In this document: one piece after another, positions 40,006 to 51,962 of the stretch | Layout: each line of letters starts with the position of its first letter | How positions within the stretch are numbered: the stretch's first letter is position 1 | Source of the DNA: Herminiimonas sp. | Lineage (GTDB): Bacteria > Pseudomonadota > Gammaproteobacteria > Burkholderiales > Burkholderiaceae_D | Assembly (NCBI GenBank): GCA_028292665.1 | Contig: JAQGLW010000074.1 | Span: forward strand, 314 to 64,313 | Direction of reading: 5' to 3' | DNA length: 64,000 bases | The notes under the pieces: generated by a model | The model's database searches: none | Told to the model about the DNA's origin: nothing | What the model saw: only the letters and a program-made list of their open reading frames with translations | Position numbers and translations under genes: made by a program

Positions 40006-42138
40006 TTACTGCGCTTGCTGCGCCGTTTCTGTGCCCTCTTCTGCAGCGGCGGCTTTCATCGACAGTTTCAGGCGACCGCGGTCGTCGGTTTCCAATACCT
40101 TGACCCGGACCTGCTGGCCTTCTTTCAGGTAATCGGCGACCGCATTGACGCGCTCGTTGGCGATCTGGCTGATATGCAACAAACCGTCTTTGCCAGGCAT
40201 TACTTGCACGATTGCACCGAAGTCGAGCAGCTTCAGCACGACGCCGTCGTAAACCTTGCCGACTTCAACCGATGCAGTCAACTCCTCGATGCGGCGCTTG
40301 GCTTCCTGACCGGCGGCAGCATCTACCGACGCGATAGTGACCACGCCTTCATCGCTGATATCGATTTGTGTGCCGGTTTCTTCGGTCAATGCGCGAATCA
40401 CCGCGCCGCCTTTGCCGATCACGTCACGGATTTTTTCCGGATTGATCTTGATGGTGATCAGACGCGGTGCAAAGTTGGACAGTTCGGTTTTGCCATGCGG
40501 CACGGCTTCCTGCATCTTGCCGAGGATATGCATGCGGCCTTCTTTAGCCTGCGCCAGAGCGACCTGCATGATTTCCTTGGTAATACCCTGGATTTTGATG
40601 TCCATCTGCAACGCGGTAATGCCGTTGGCGGTACCGGCCACTTTGAAGTCCATGTCGCCGAGGTGATCTTCGTCGCCGAGAATGTCGCTCAATACAGCAA
40701 ACTTGCCGCCATCCTTGATCAAGCCCATCGCGATACCGGCAACGTGCGCCTGCATCGGCACGCCGGCATCCATCAGAGCAAGGCAACCGCCGCAGACTGA
40801 CGCCATCGATGAAGAACCGTTCGATTCGGTGATCTCGGACACCAGACGCACCGAGTAGCTGAATTCTTCCGGCGCCGGCAGTGCAGCCAGCAGTGCGCGC
40901 TTGGCCAAACGACCGTGGCCGATCTCGCGGCGCTTCGGCGTACCGACCCGGCCGGTTTCGCCGGTGGCGAACGGCGGCATGTTGTAATGAAGCATGAAGC
41001 GGTCGCTGTATTCGCCCATCAGCGCATCGATTTTTTGCTCGTCGCGAGCGGTGCCGAGGGTGGCGATTACCAGCGCCTGCGTTTCGCCGCGCGTGAACAA
41101 TGCAGAACCGTGAGTCCGCGGCAATACGCCTGTACGTATCGAGATCGGGCGCACGGTGCGGGTGTCGCGGCCATCGATACGCGGTTCGCCGTCAAGAATT
41201 TGCGAACGCACGATCTTTGCTTCCAGATCGAACAGAATGCTGCCGACTTCCGCTGCGTCCGGTGCCGTGCCGCCGATCGAAGCGGCTTCAGCGGCCAATG
41301 CAATATTGACTTCAGCTGTGGCATCCTTGAGCTTGGCGGTACGCGCCTGCTTGTCTTTGGTTTGATACGCTTCACGCAGTTTTGCTTCGGCAAAATGCCC
41401 GACGCGTGAAATCAGCGCTTCGTTTTTCAGCGCCGGTTTCCATTCCACTTCGGGCTTGCCGCCGTCACGTACCAGATCATGAATCGCGTTGATCACCGCT
41501 TTCATCTGATCATGGCCGTATACGACTGCGCCGAGCATGACTTCCTCGGACAATTGCTTGGCTTCGGATTCGACCATCAGAACAGCCTGCTCGGTACCGG
41601 CAACGACCAGATCAAGATCGGACGTGGCAAGCTGAGACACGGTCGGATTCAGCACATACTGGCCGTTGATATAACCTACACGTGCAGCGCCGACCGGACC
41701 GTTAAACGGTATGCCGGCAACGCACAACGCGGCGGAAGAAGCGATCATCGCAGCGATGTCGGGATCGATTTCAGGATTGACGGACAGGACATGAACAATG
41801 ACCTGCACTTCGTTCAGGTAACCTTCCGGGAATAGCGGACGAATCGGCCGGTCGATCAGGCGCGAAGTCAGCGTCTCTTTTTCGGACGGACGGCCTTCAC
41901 GCTTGAAAAAGCCGCCGGGGATACGGCCGGCAGCATAACTTTTCTCGACATAGTCGACGGTCAACGGGAAAAAATCCTGGCCAGGCTTGGCATCTTTACG
42001 TGCGACAACGGTCGCGAGCACGACGGTATCTTCAATCGACACCATCACGGCGCCGGAAGCTTGACGAGCGATTTCGCCGGTTTCGAGCGTGACCTGGTGT
42101 TGCCCGTACTGGAAGGTCTTGGTAACTTTATTAAACAC
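40006..42138 (-). CDS. pnp: polyribonucleotide nucleotidyltransferase (PNPase)
   Basis: 710 aa with two RNase PH domains plus KH and S1 domains. Confidence 0.97.
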   Translation of the reverse strand: MFNKVTKTFQYGQHQVTLETGEIARQASGAVMVSIEDTVVLATVVARKDAKPGQDFFPLTVDYVEKSYAAGRIPGGFFKREGRPSEKETLTSRLIDRPIRPLFPEGYLNEVQVIVHVLSVNPEIDPDIAAMIASSAALCVAGIPFNGPVGAARVGYINGQYVLNPTVSQLATSDLDLVVAGTEQAVLMVESEAKQLSEEVMLGAVVYGHDQMKAVINAIHDLVRDGGKPEVEWKPALKNEALISRVGHFAEAKLREAYQTKDKQARTAKLKDATAEVNIALAAEAASIGGTAPDAAEVGSILFDLEAKIVRSQILDGEPRIDGRDTRTVRPISIRTGVLPRTHGSALFTRGETQALVIATLGTARDEQKIDALMGEYSDRFMLHYNMPPFATGETGRVGTPKRREIGHGRLAKRALLAALPAPEEFSYSVRLVSEITESNGSSSMASVCGGCLALMDAGVPMQAHVAGIAMGLIKDGGKFAVLSDILGDEDHLGDMDFKVAGTANGITALQMDIKIQGITKEIMQVALAQAKEGRMHILGKMQEAVPHGKTELSNFAPRLITIKINPEKIRDVIGKGGAVIRALTEETGTQIDISDEGVVTIASVDAAAGQEAKRRIEELTASVEVGKVYDGVVLKLLDFGAIVQVMPGKDGLLHISQIANERVNAVADYLKEGQQVRVKVLETDDRGRLKLSMKAAAAEEGTETAQQAQ

Positions 42139-42274
42139 GGTGTTTCCTTTCTATTTTTGCCGACAGATTTTCAGGCGCTGTCGTTCACCTCACCACGGAT
42201 GACTTGTCACGTATGACGTATCATCTTATTACTCGCCTAAGAGGGCGTTCAAATTACAAAGTGCGAAAGGACAA

Positions 42275-42305
42275 AATGCCTGCATCAGTGAACTGACGCA
42301 GGCAT
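42275..42305 (-). terminator. rpsO terminator / pnp-leader hairpin
   Basis: ATGCCTGC-a-TCAGT-ga-ACTGA-c-GCAGGCAT followed on the minus strand by UUUUGUCCUUU. The position matches the rpsO-pnp attenuator / RNase III site architecture known from E. coli. Confidence 0.6.
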
Positions 42306-42340
42306 CTCTGCAATAGAACCTGGAATGGAATGCAACGAGA

Positions 42341-42610
42341 TTACTTACGCAGACCGAGTTTTTCAATCAAGGCACGATAACGGTTTGCGTCTTTACCCTT
42401 CAGGTACGAGAGCAAACTTTTACGACGGTTGACCATCATGATCAAGCCGCGGCGGGAGTGGTGATCCTTGGCGTGGGCTTTGAAGTGGCCGTTGAGTTCA
42501 TTGATGCGGGCGGTCAGCAGCGCAACTTGTACTTCCGGAGATCCCGTATCGTTTTGACCGCGTGCGTTATCCGCAATAATAGCGGCCTTGGTGTTTTTCT
42601 CTACAGACAT
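42341..42610 (-). CDS. rpsO: 30S ribosomal protein S15
   Basis: 89 aa, ...[34 protein letters not shown].... Confidence 0.97.
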   Translation of the reverse strand: MSVEKNTKAAIIADNARGQNDTGSPEVQVALLTARINELNGHFKAHAKDHHSRRGLIMMVNRRKSLLSYLKGKDANRYRALIEKLGLRK

Positions 42611-42769
42611 GATTTACCTTTCACATGCGGTGCATAGAGTCGCAACCCCATACACCGTGAACAAACAATTAAAAGAACAGGTCAAACAGACCAGACGCGC
42701 AGTATAGCGGAAATATCTTAATGATTCAAACACTTAGAATGATTTTGCATATTTTCAGGAGTAAATTCC

Positions 42770-43285
42770 ATGAAGCATCTCTTCCATGCGGTACTTGCCG
42801 TTTTACTGTCGATGCTTGGCGCCTGCGCAGGTTTCGGAACAGTGCCGGTGAATGCCGGCGATACCGAGTCCCAAGTCGTTGCCAAATTAGGGAAGCCTAC
42901 TCACCGTTACCAGAACGGCACGGACCACCTGCTTGAGTATATGAACGGCCCGTTCGGACAAACCACTTACATGGCGCGGATCGGGCCGGACAACAGACTT
43001 ATTTCCTATGAACAAGTTTTAACAACGCAGAAATTTGCCATGCTCAAACCAGGACAGGCAACCAAGGATGATGTCCTCCACACTATCGGCGCTCCCAGCG
43101 ACACTTCGTATCTACCTCTGTCGGAACTCGAAGTATGGTCTTACCCATACAAGGAAAGTAACGTATGGAATTCGTTAATGAATGTGCATTTCGATAAAAC
43201 CGGCATTGTGCGCAGGATGCAAAACGGCCCTGATCCGCGGCATGACCCGGATTCTCGTTTCCCGTTCGGACTGATGGGACTGTAA
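42770..43285 (+). CDS. lipoprotein (BamE/SmpA-OmlA-like fold suspected)
   Basis: 171 aa with a lipobox (LLSMLGAC) after a signal peptide. The function is uncertain. Confidence 0.6.
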   Translation: MKHLFHAVLAVLLSMLGACAGFGTVPVNAGDTESQVVAKLGKPTHRYQNGTDHLLEYMNGPFGQTTYMARIGPDNRLISYEQVLTTQKFAMLKPGQATKDDVLHTIGAPSDTSYLPLSELEVWSYPYKESNVWNSLMNVHFDKTGIVRRMQNGPDPRHDPDSRFPFGLMGL

Positions 43286-43317
43286 ATATTCGTTCGGCCG
43301 GCTTGTATTTGCGAACT

Positions 43318-43346
43318 CTTGAAATCGTAATTCCACGCCCTATTTA
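43318..43346 (+). promoter_or_regulatory. sigma-32 (RpoH)-type heat-shock promoter
   Basis: CTTGAAA, a 13-nt spacer and CCCTATTTA, compared with the consensus CTTGAAA-N13-15-CCCCATnT. It lies 42 nt upstream of the hsp20 ATG. Confidence 0.6.
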
Positions 43347-43387
43347 TCGGAGGTCGGAGCGATGCTCCACTACTTGAACAGGAGGAA

Positions 43388-43864
43388 GTGATGAATTTGA
43401 TTTTACGTAATCGTAATGGCTTTGCTGTTCCCGTTGCCTTCCGTCCCGCCGCATTTGATAGACCGTCCGAGCGCTTTGTCAGTAGCATGCTCGATGATTT
43501 TGTCAATCCCTTGTCTGCCCCACGGCAGGGATCCCCCGTATCCGGCGCCCGAATAAACGTGGTGGAAACCGACAAGGCATACGAAGTCGAGGCGGAATTG
43601 CCGGGAGTAGCGAAAAGTGATGTCAGAATTACCGTTGAAAATCGACATGTGTCGATCGAGGCTGAAGTCAAACACGATTCCGGGTGCAAGGAAGGCGAAC
43701 AGCTTATTCATGCAGAGCGCGTGATCAAGAAATTTGCACGCAGCTTTACACTGCCGGCTGAAATCGACGATGCGCGTGCAGCAGCGAAGCTGGAAAATGG
43801 TGTGCTGACGCTGACGCTGCCGAAGAAGGAAGAAATGCAGCCGAAGCAAATTACGGTTCAGTAA
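43388..43864 (+). CDS. Hsp20/alpha-crystallin small heat-shock protein
   Basis: 158 aa with the alpha-crystallin core (...VVETDKAYEVEAELPGVAKSDVRITVENRHVSIEAEV...FARSFTLPAEID...AKLENGVLTLTLPK). AGGAGG precedes the ATG. Confidence 0.92.
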   Translation: MMNLILRNRNGFAVPVAFRPAAFDRPSERFVSSMLDDFVNPLSAPRQGSPVSGARINVVETDKAYEVEAELPGVAKSDVRITVENRHVSIEAEVKHDSGCKEGEQLIHAERVIKKFARSFTLPAEIDDARAAAKLENGVLTLTLPKKEEMQPKQITVQ

Positions 43865-43884
43865 AGAGCAATCGCATCATTGTC

Positions 43885-43914
43885 AAAAAGGTCGTGCATA
43901 GGCACGACCTTTTT
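43885..43914. terminator. bidirectional rho-independent terminator (hsp20 / leuA)
   Basis: AAAAAGGTCGTGC-atag-GCACGACCTTTTT has a perfect 9-bp stem with A and T runs on both sides. Confidence 0.8.
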
Positions 43915-43956
43915 GCTGACACAACCGGCATCTATACGACGTTCGCCCGCACAAGA

Positions 43957-45507
43957 TTACAGCTGCGGATTGAGCTTCACCGTCTTTGAATGCAATTTGT
44001 TCAAAGCCGACAAATAAGCCTTGGCAGATGCAACGACGATATCGAGATCGGCGCCGACACCGTTGACGATCCGGCCCGCCTTTGACAGGCGCATGGTCAC
44101 TTCCCCCTGCGATTGTGTTCCGGTAGTGATTGCATTTACCGAAAACAGCAGCAACTCCGCACCGCTTGCGGTCTTCGATTCGATCGCATTGACGATTGCA
44201 TCGACCGGCCCATTGCCCTGCCCCTCGCACTCGGCTTCCTTGCCCTCTATTGAAAACACCACTTTTGCAGTGGGCTTCCCTCCGGTTTCGGAATGCTGCG
44301 ACAACGATACGAAACGATAGTATTCATTTTCGTGCGAATGCTCCTCATCCGATACCAGCGCCATGATGTCTTCATCGAAAATGTCCGATTTGCGGTCAGC
44401 CAGCTCTTTAAAGCGGGTGAAAGCGGCGTTGACTTCCGTTTCCGATTCCAGTGCGATGCCGAGCTCTTCGAGACGTTGTTTGAATGCATTGCGTCCGGAT
44501 AATTTGCCCAACACGATTTTGTTGGCGCTCCAGCCCACATCTTCGGCACGCATGATTTCGTAGGTATCGCGCGCTTTCAATACGCCATCCTGATGAATGC
44601 CGGATGCGTGCGCGAAGGCATTGGCGCCGACCACCGCCTTGTTCGGCTGTACGGCGAAACCGGTAATCTGCGACACCAGCTTGGAGGTCGACACGATTTG
44701 CGACGAATCGATCCCGATATCGAGATTAAAATGGTCCTTGCGTGTGCGCACCGCCATCACGATTTCTTCCAGCGCGGTATTGCCGGCACGCTCACCCAGA
44801 CCGTTTATCGTGCATTCGACCTGACGCGCGCCGCCGATCATCACGCCGGCCAAAGAATTGGCAACCGCCATGCCCAGATCGTTATGGCAATGCACCGACC
44901 AGATCGCTTTATCGGAATTGGGAATGCGTTCGCGCAAGGTCCTGAGCATATTGCCGTACAACTCGGGCACCCCATAACCGACGGTATCGGCAAAATTGAT
45001 CGTGGTCGCGCCTTCGGCGATCACTGCTTCAAGTATCCGGCACAGAAAATCCATATCCGAACGGCTGCCGTCTTCCGGGCTGAACTCGACATCGTCGGTA
45101 AATTTACGCGCAAATCGGACCGCCTGTTTTGCCTGTTCGAATACCTGATCGGGCGTCATCCGCAGTTTCTTTTCCATATGCAGCGACGAAGTCGCGATGA
45201 AAGTATGGATGCGCTTTCTGGCTGCGGGCGCAAGCGCTTCGGCAGCACGTGAAATATCCCGGTCATTGGCGCGCGACAAGGAGCAAACGGTCGAATCCTT
45301 GATCAGGCCGGCGATCGCCTTGATCGCTTCGAAATCGCCCTGTGACGAGGCCGCAAAACCCGCTTCAATCACATCCACCTTCAGGCGTTCAAGTTGCTTG
45401 GCGATGCGGATTTTTTCATCCTTGGTCATCGACGCGCCCGGAGACTGTTCACCATCCCGCAAGGTGGTATCGAAAATGATCAGCTTATTTGATGAACTGG
45501 CGGCCAT
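43957..45507 (-). CDS. leuA: 2-isopropylmalate synthase
   Basis: 516 aa, ...[17 protein letters not shown]...[14 protein letters not shown].... Confidence 0.96.
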   Translation of the reverse strand: MAASSSNKLIIFDTTLRDGEQSPGASMTKDEKIRIAKQLERLKVDVIEAGFAASSQGDFEAIKAIAGLIKDSTVCSLSRANDRDISRAAEALAPAARKRIHTFIATSSLHMEKKLRMTPDQVFEQAKQAVRFARKFTDDVEFSPEDGSRSDMDFLCRILEAVIAEGATTINFADTVGYGVPELYGNMLRTLRERIPNSDKAIWSVHCHNDLGMAVANSLAGVMIGGARQVECTINGLGERAGNTALEEIVMAVRTRKDHFNLDIGIDSSQIVSTSKLVSQITGFAVQPNKAVVGANAFAHASGIHQDGVLKARDTYEIMRAEDVGWSANKIVLGKLSGRNAFKQRLEELGIALESETEVNAAFTRFKELADRKSDIFDEDIMALVSDEEHSHENEYYRFVSLSQHSETGGKPTAKVVFSIEGKEAECEGQGNGPVDAIVNAIESKTASGAELLLFSVNAITTGTQSQGEVTMRLSKAGRIVNGVGADLDIVVASAKAYLSALNKLHSKTVKLNPQL

Positions 45508-45823
45508 GCTGGACTCCTTAGGAAAATTCTGTGAATGCGTCGTTTTTAAATGGTTTTTCGCCTGCCCTTGCTAAATCAGCATGAGCCCGAGACGACATAA
45601 ATTGTGGGGGTATGGGATTTTGCGCGTTAGCGCAGTAGAAATAGCGATGGCAGCAGGCCTAGCTCCAGGCTGCCTGGTAAAGCAAATGCAGAAGTGTGAA
45701 TTTCGCGTGACATTCAAAAACTATAAGCGGAATTCTGAAAAAGTGCAACTTTTTCACATGCAGACACATTTACCGCGCGGTTTCTATTTTGGAAGAACGA
45801 CATGATGTTCAGACAAATGTTCA

Positions 45824-46705
45824 TCAGTCCTTGTCGTCTGCCGCCTCCGTCTCCGTCTCGGTTTGAATAATGCTCACAGGCTTGCCTTTGAACAAGCGCC
45901 AGAAATAAACACCGTATCCCGATAAACCATAAAGCACGAACAAACCGAACAGCACTTTGGGCGGGTCACTCGACACGGCGACAAATATGAGAACGATCAG
46001 GAAGACCGCGATGAACGGAACCGACTTCCGGAAATTGACATCCTTGAAGCTGTAAAACGGTACGTTGGTAACCATGGTCAGACCCGCATACAAGGTGATA
46101 ATCCACGACACCAGGGTCAAATCAGTGCCCGCATAGCGCAAATCGTCCATCAGCCAGATAAAACCGGCAACCAGCGCCGCCGCCGCCGGACTTGGCAAAC
46201 CTTGAAAATAACGCTTGTCGACCACGGCAATGTTGGTGTTGAACCGCGCCAATCGCAGCGCCGCGCCGGCACAATAAACAAACGCCGCCAGCCAACCCCA
46301 CTTGCCCAACCCGCGCAACGACCATTCATAGACAACCAAAGCGGGCGCGGCGCCGAACGACACCATATCGGACAGGCTGTCGTATTGCGCGCCGAATTCG
46401 CTTTGCGTATTGGTAAGCCGTGCGACACGACCATCGATTGCATCCAGTACCATCGCCGCAAAAATCGCAATTGATGCATAGTCGAATTTCAGGTTCATCG
46501 CCATCACGATTGCGTAGAAGCCGCAAAATAATGCCGCCGTCGTAAATGCATTCGGCAACAGGTAAATGCTCCGCCGGCGCAAGGTAGGACGAGCCAATGC
46601 GCTGTCATCCCGATGCGGACGGCGCAGGCTGTGTTTATACACGCGCGGCGTTTTCGGGAATTGCGTCACGTTATTTTTGGCTTTGCGACGGTTGAAGGTT
46701 GCCAT
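45824..46705 (-). CDS. pssA: CDP-diacylglycerol--serine O-phosphatidyltransferase
   Basis: 293 aa with the CDP-alcohol phosphatidyltransferase motif DGRVARLTNTQSEFGAQYDSLSD. Confidence 0.9.
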   Translation of the reverse strand: MATFNRRKAKNNVTQFPKTPRVYKHSLRRPHRDDSALARPTLRRRSIYLLPNAFTTAALFCGFYAIVMAMNLKFDYASIAIFAAMVLDAIDGRVARLTNTQSEFGAQYDSLSDMVSFGAAPALVVYEWSLRGLGKWGWLAAFVYCAGAALRLARFNTNIAVVDKRYFQGLPSPAAAALVAGFIWLMDDLRYAGTDLTLVSWIITLYAGLTMVTNVPFYSFKDVNFRKSVPFIAVFLIVLIFVAVSSDPPKVLFGLFVLYGLSGYGVYFWRLFKGKPVSIIQTETETEAADDKD

Positions 46706-46745
46706 ATGGATTCCGCTTCAATGTATTACGACAAGAAATGAGAAA

Positions 46746-47384
46746 TCAGAACTCGGCCAAAATCGTTTCGGTCGCCGACACTTTATCGCCGACTGTAACC
46801 TTGGGTATTGCGGTGAGCGGCAAATAGACATCGACGCGCGAACCGAAACGGATAAAGCCGTAACGCTGCCCACGCATGAGCATATCACCTGTCTTTACGT
46901 AGCAAAGTATGCGGCGAGCGATCAATCCGGCGACTTGCACGCATGTCACCGTTTGCCCGTTTACTGCCGTGATGGTCAAAGCATTGCGCTCGTTTTCGAT
47001 CGACGCCTTGTCGAGGTCTGCATTCACGAATTTGCCGGGAAAATACTGCATGTTCTCAATCTTGCCATCTACCGGAGCGCGATTCGAGTGTACATTGAAT
47101 ACGTTCATGAACACGCTGATTTTGAGCGCTTCGCGTCCGGCATAGGGATCCTGGGTTTTTTCGACCACGACGATGCGTCCGTCCGCCGGAGACAGAACGG
47201 CATTTGGATTTTGCGGAATCACACGCGCCGGATCCCGGAAAAATTGCAGGATGAACAGGGCAATGATCCATAGCGGAATCGACCATGCGCCCGCAAAAAA
47301 AGTTGCCAAGGCAGCGAATGCTGTCGCGATGCCCAAAAAAGGCCAGCCCTCACGGGCGATAATAGGATGCGGATAATTATTCAA
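46746..47384 (-). CDS. psd: phosphatidylserine decarboxylase (short form)
   Basis: 212 aa with a C-terminal FGSR self-cleavage-type motif. It is adjacent to pssA. Confidence 0.88.
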   Translation of the reverse strand: MNNYPHPIIAREGWPFLGIATAFAALATFFAGAWSIPLWIIALFILQFFRDPARVIPQNPNAVLSPADGRIVVVEKTQDPYAGREALKISVFMNVFNVHSNRAPVDGKIENMQYFPGKFVNADLDKASIENERNALTITAVNGQTVTCVQVAGLIARRILCYVKTGDMLMRGQRYGFIRFGSRVDVYLPLTAIPKVTVGDKVSATETILAEF

Positions 47385-47505
47385 TGTCGCTCCGGTTCAT
47401 TATTGTTGTCGATTGATATGTATTGAAATGGAAAAGCGTGGCCATTCTAGACGAGCGGCGGCTAAATACAACAGTCGGCAAGCTTGCACGAATTGGCGAA
47501 CCAAG

Positions 47506-47703
47506 TCATTTTTGTGCTGCGTCAATCGCGCTTTTTTGCTCTTCTGCCTGCTGCTGCAATTGTCCTTCAACCGCCCTGGCTTTAGTCAATCCTTCGCGCT
47601 GAGTTTTGATCAAATCAGGCGGCGGCCCTTCAGGCTTGCATCCTGATAATGCCAAACCAAAAAATCCGGCAATCATTATCGGTTTTAAATTCATCGTCGC
47701 CAT
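47506..47703 (-). CDS. small lipoprotein, hypothetical
   Basis: 65 aa with a signal peptide plus lipobox (GLALSGC), then a Gln/Glu-rich helix. Confidence 0.45.
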   Translation of the reverse strand: MATMNLKPIMIAGFFGLALSGCKPEGPPPDLIKTQREGLTKARAVEGQLQQQAEEQKSAIDAAQK

Positions 47704-47718
47704 GACCCCCTCCCACTC

Positions 47719-48483
47719 TCACTTGAATTTGACTTTACCGACGACACGCATCTGCAATGTCGTCTCGCCCGGTTCAAAGCTCGGTTCTTCAATCGGCCCT
47801 GCTTCCTGCATCGAAGCAGAACGCATTGCCATTTTGGGAACCGATGCGTCCGTCTGTTGCGCATAAGCGCCGGAACCTTCAAAGTCTACCGTATCCAGCA
47901 CCGCATCAGACAGATTGCGCCCCATCGCTTTGGCAATCGACGCAATCCGTTCGTTTAAATTTTTATATGTCGCGTCGATGCGTTTCTCATCCAGTTTTCT
48001 GCTTGTCGATTCGGCCAAACCAAAATGCAGTCCATTCAGCGCCAATACCCGTTGAACCGCAGCGACTGTTTTCGGCAAGTGGTCCAGGTTTGTCGTGGTC
48101 ACTTCAAGGTATTGACCGACTCGCCAGCCGGTCGCCTGCCGGACCTTGTTATTCTGACGCGGCTGATCTTCCTGATAAACAGGATATGTATAGTAACCTC
48201 GTGTCTTGAAAGTCGCCTGCAGGTCCTCCCGTTTGACAATGTCGGCACCCTGCTTCATTTTCTGGTTGACGCGCGACGCGGCGGCGGCCTTGTCCTTGTC
48301 CTGCTCTTCGATCATCAGTGTGACGTGCGCTTCATCATTGGCTTGCCTGACCTCACTGTAGGCAGGCACGACGATCAGCGCTCCGCTGGTTTGCATTGCC
48401 GTTTCAGCCCGCACCGCCGTGCCGGCAATCAATAAAGCCAATGGCAAGAATAATTTTACGCAGTGCGCCATGACATTCTCCAT
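47719..48483 (-). CDS. SIMPL/DUF541-domain periplasmic protein
   Basis: 254 aa with a signal peptide. The overall pattern resembles the YggE/SIMPL family, recognised by eye only. Confidence 0.6.
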   Translation of the reverse strand: MENVMAHCVKLFLPLALLIAGTAVRAETAMQTSGALIVVPAYSEVRQANDEAHVTLMIEEQDKDKAAAASRVNQKMKQGADIVKREDLQATFKTRGYYTYPVYQEDQPRQNNKVRQATGWRVGQYLEVTTTNLDHLPKTVAAVQRVLALNGLHFGLAESTSRKLDEKRIDATYKNLNERIASIAKAMGRNLSDAVLDTVDFEGSGAYAQQTDASVPKMAMRSASMQEAGPIEEPSFEPGETTLQMRVVGKVKFK

Positions 48484-48568
48484 TAAAAAAGGGGCGATAC
48501 CCGAAGTACGCCCCTCTTGTAAAACTAAAAAATTTCAGCAGCCGAATATCGGATTGGTTGCAATTGAT

Positions 48569-48613
48569 TTAGTTCTTGCTCTGATCGGCCAACTTGTTCT
48601 TTGCGATCCAACC
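48569..48613 (-). pseudogene. relic copy of the ilvC 3' end
   Basis: The reverse complement reads GWIAKNKLADQSKN*, against the ilvC C-terminus [14 protein letters not shown] located 22 nt away. Nucleotide identity is 33/45, and most differences are synonymous. Confidence 0.7.
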
Positions 48614-48635
48614 CGCGTCCGGCTGTCGCCGAAAC

Positions 48636-49709
<1,074 letters not shown>

Positions 49710-49740
49710 TCAAGCGAAGCGGCGCCCTGTTTCCGACACG

Positions 49741-50232
49741 TTACACTTTGAGAATGCGCTCGCCGCGACCGATGCCGGAACCGCCTGTACGGACGGTTTC
49801 CAGAATCGCAGTGCGGTCGATCGAGTCGATGAACGCGTCGAGCTTTCCTTTGTTGCCGGTCAGTTCGATCGTGTAAGTCTTCTCGGTGACGTCGATGATG
49901 CGGCCGCGGAAAATGTCTGCAGTACGCTTCATTTCTTCGCGCTCCTTGCCGACCGCACGCACCTTGATCAGCATCAGTTCACGCTCGATGTGAGCGCCTT
50001 CCGTCAGGTCGACAACTTTCACGACTTCGATCAGGCGGTTCAGATGCTTGGTGATTTGTTCAATCACGTCATCCGAACCGGAAGTCACGATCGTCATCCG
50101 CGACAAAGTCGCGTCTTCAGTCGGCGCCACCGTCAAGGTTTCGATATTGTAACCGCGCGCAGAGAACAGGCCCACCACGCGAGACAAGGCGCCCGCTTCA
50201 TTTTCCAGCAAAACAGAAACGATATGTCGCAT
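49741..50232 (-). CDS. ilvH: acetolactate synthase small (regulatory) subunit
   Basis: 163 aa, MRHIVSVLLENEAGALSRVVGLFSARGYNIETLTVAPTED... (ACT domain). Confidence 0.95.
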   Translation of the reverse strand: MRHIVSVLLENEAGALSRVVGLFSARGYNIETLTVAPTEDATLSRMTIVTSGSDDVIEQITKHLNRLIEVVKVVDLTEGAHIERELMLIKVRAVGKEREEMKRTADIFRGRIIDVTEKTYTIELTGNKGKLDAFIDSIDRTAILETVRTGGSGIGRGERILKV

Positions 50233-50234
50233 GG

Positions 50235-51962
50235 TTACAGATCCTCCGAACCCAAAAGCATTTCAGTCAAGCCTTTGCCGGCCTTGACCATCGGCCAGAC
50301 ATTTTCGGTTTGATCCGTGATGAAATTCATGAACACCAACCGGTCTTTCATCGCAAATGCTTCTTTCAATGCACCATCTACATCGTTGGGATTTTCGATC
50401 TTCATGCCGACATGGCCATACGATTCAGCCAGCTTGTTGAAGTCCGGCAGTGAATCCATGTACGATTCGGAATAACGGGAGCCGTAATCGATCTGCTGCC
50501 ACTGACGCACCATGCCGAGGAAGCGATTATTCAGCAGGATGATCTTGGGCGTCAGGTGGTATTGCTTGCAGGTCGCGAGTTCCTGGATGCACATCTGAAT
50601 CGATGCTTCGCCGGTAATGCAAGCGACGGTAGATCCGGGGTTCGCCATCTGCACGCCCATTGCGTACGGCAGCCCAACGCCCATCGTGCCCAATCCGCCG
50701 GAATTGATCCAGCGTCTCGGCTTGTCGAAAGGATAGTACTGTGCAGCCCACATCTGGTGCTGACCAACATCCGACGTAATGAAGGCATCGCCTTTTGTGA
50801 CTTCCCAGACTTTCTGGATTACGGATTGCGGTTTGATCACTTCACTCGAAGTCGGATATTTCAGGCAATCGCGCTCGCGCCATTCATTGATCTGCTTCCA
50901 CCAGTTGGCAAGCGAAGCCGCGTTCGACCTGGAAGGTGCGGCCGCTTCAGCCGCATCGAGTTGCGACAGCAATTCCTGCAGCACGTCCTTCACATTGCCA
51001 ACGATCGGAATATCGACCTTCACGCGTTTTGAAATTGACGACGGATCGATGTCGATATGGATAATCTTGCGCGGATGCGACGCGAAATGTTTTGGATTTC
51101 CAATCACCCGGTCATCGAAGCGGGCGCCGATAGAGATCAATACATCCGAATGCTGCATTGCCATGTTGGCTTCATACGTGCCGTGCATGCCGGGCATGCC
51201 GACGAACTTGTCGCTCGACGCTCGATAAGCTCCCAGTCCCATCAGCGTATTAGTGCAGGGGAAGCCGAGCCTGTCGACCAGCTTGTTCAATTCGGGCGCT
51301 GCATTGGCAAGGATCACGCCGCCGCCGGAATAAATCATCGGGCGCTCGGCATTCAGAAGCAATTGCAACGCCTTGCGAATCTGGCCGGAATGGCCTTTAT
51401 CGACCGGCTTGTAAGAGCGCATTTCGAGTTCCTTCGGATACTCGTATGCGCACTTGTGCATCGTGATGTCTTTGGGAATATCGACCAGAACCGGGCCGGG
51501 CCGGCCGGTGGTGGCGATATAAAACGCTTTTTTTATCGTTTCTGCCAAATCCTTGACATCCTTGACAAGGAAATTGTGCTTGACGCATGGACGGGTAATG
51601 CCGACCGTATCGCATTCCTGGAACGCATCCTGTCCGATTGCATGGGATGGCACCTGGCCGGAAATGACCACCATCGGGATCGAATCCATGTAGGCTGTTG
51701 CCAGGCCTGTAACGGCATTGGTCACACCGGGCCCCGAAGTGACAAGCGCAACGCCGACCTTGTGCGAACTGCGCGAATAGGCATCGGCCGCATGAACCGC
51801 AGCCTGCTCATGGCGTACCAGAATATGCTGGAATTTGTCTTGATTGAAGATTGCGTCGTAAATGTAGAGCACCGCGCCGCCTGGATAGCCGAACACATGT
51901 TCGACGCCCTCTTCGGCCAAACAGCGCACGACAATTTCCGCGCCTGTGATTTCTGAGGTCAT
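50235..51962 (-). CDS. ilvI: acetolactate synthase large subunit (biosynthetic type)
   Basis: 575 aa with ThDP-binding motifs (...GGLGTMGVGLPYAMG...). Confidence 0.96.
   Translation of the reverse strand: MTSEITGAEIVVRCLAEEGVEHVFGYPGGAVLYIYDAIFNQDKFQHILVRHEQAAVHAADAYSRSSHKVGVALVTSGPGVTNAVTGLATAYMDSIPMVVISGQVPSHAIGQDAFQECDTVGITRPCVKHNFLVKDVKDLAETIKKAFYIATTGRPGPVLVDIPKDITMHKCAYEYPKELEMRSYKPVDKGHSGQIRKALQLLLNAERPMIYSGGGVILANAAPELNKLVDRLGFPCTNTLMGLGAYRASSDKFVGMPGMHGTYEANMAMQHSDVLISIGARFDDRVIGNPKHFASHPRKIIHIDIDPSSISKRVKVDIPIVGNVKDVLQELLSQLDAAEAAAPSRSNAASLANWWKQINEWRERDCLKYPTSSEVIKPQSVIQKVWEVTKGDAFITSDVGQHQMWAAQYYPFDKPRRWINSGGLGTMGVGLPYAMGVQMANPGSTVACITGEASIQMCIQELATCKQYHLTPKIILLNNRFLGMVRQWQQIDYGSRYSESYMDSLPDFNKLAESYGHVGMKIENPNDVDGALKEAFAMKDRLVFMNFITDQTENVWPMVKAGKGLTEMLLGSEDL

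Noticed and set aside
45508-45823. Search for a Leu-rich leader peptide or attenuator upstream of leuA
   Set aside because: The only small ORF (26 codons, [26 protein letters not shown]) has a single Leu. The hairpins present (for example GAAAAAGT-gca-ACTTTTTC at about 45737-45755) do not form an obvious terminator/antiterminator pair.
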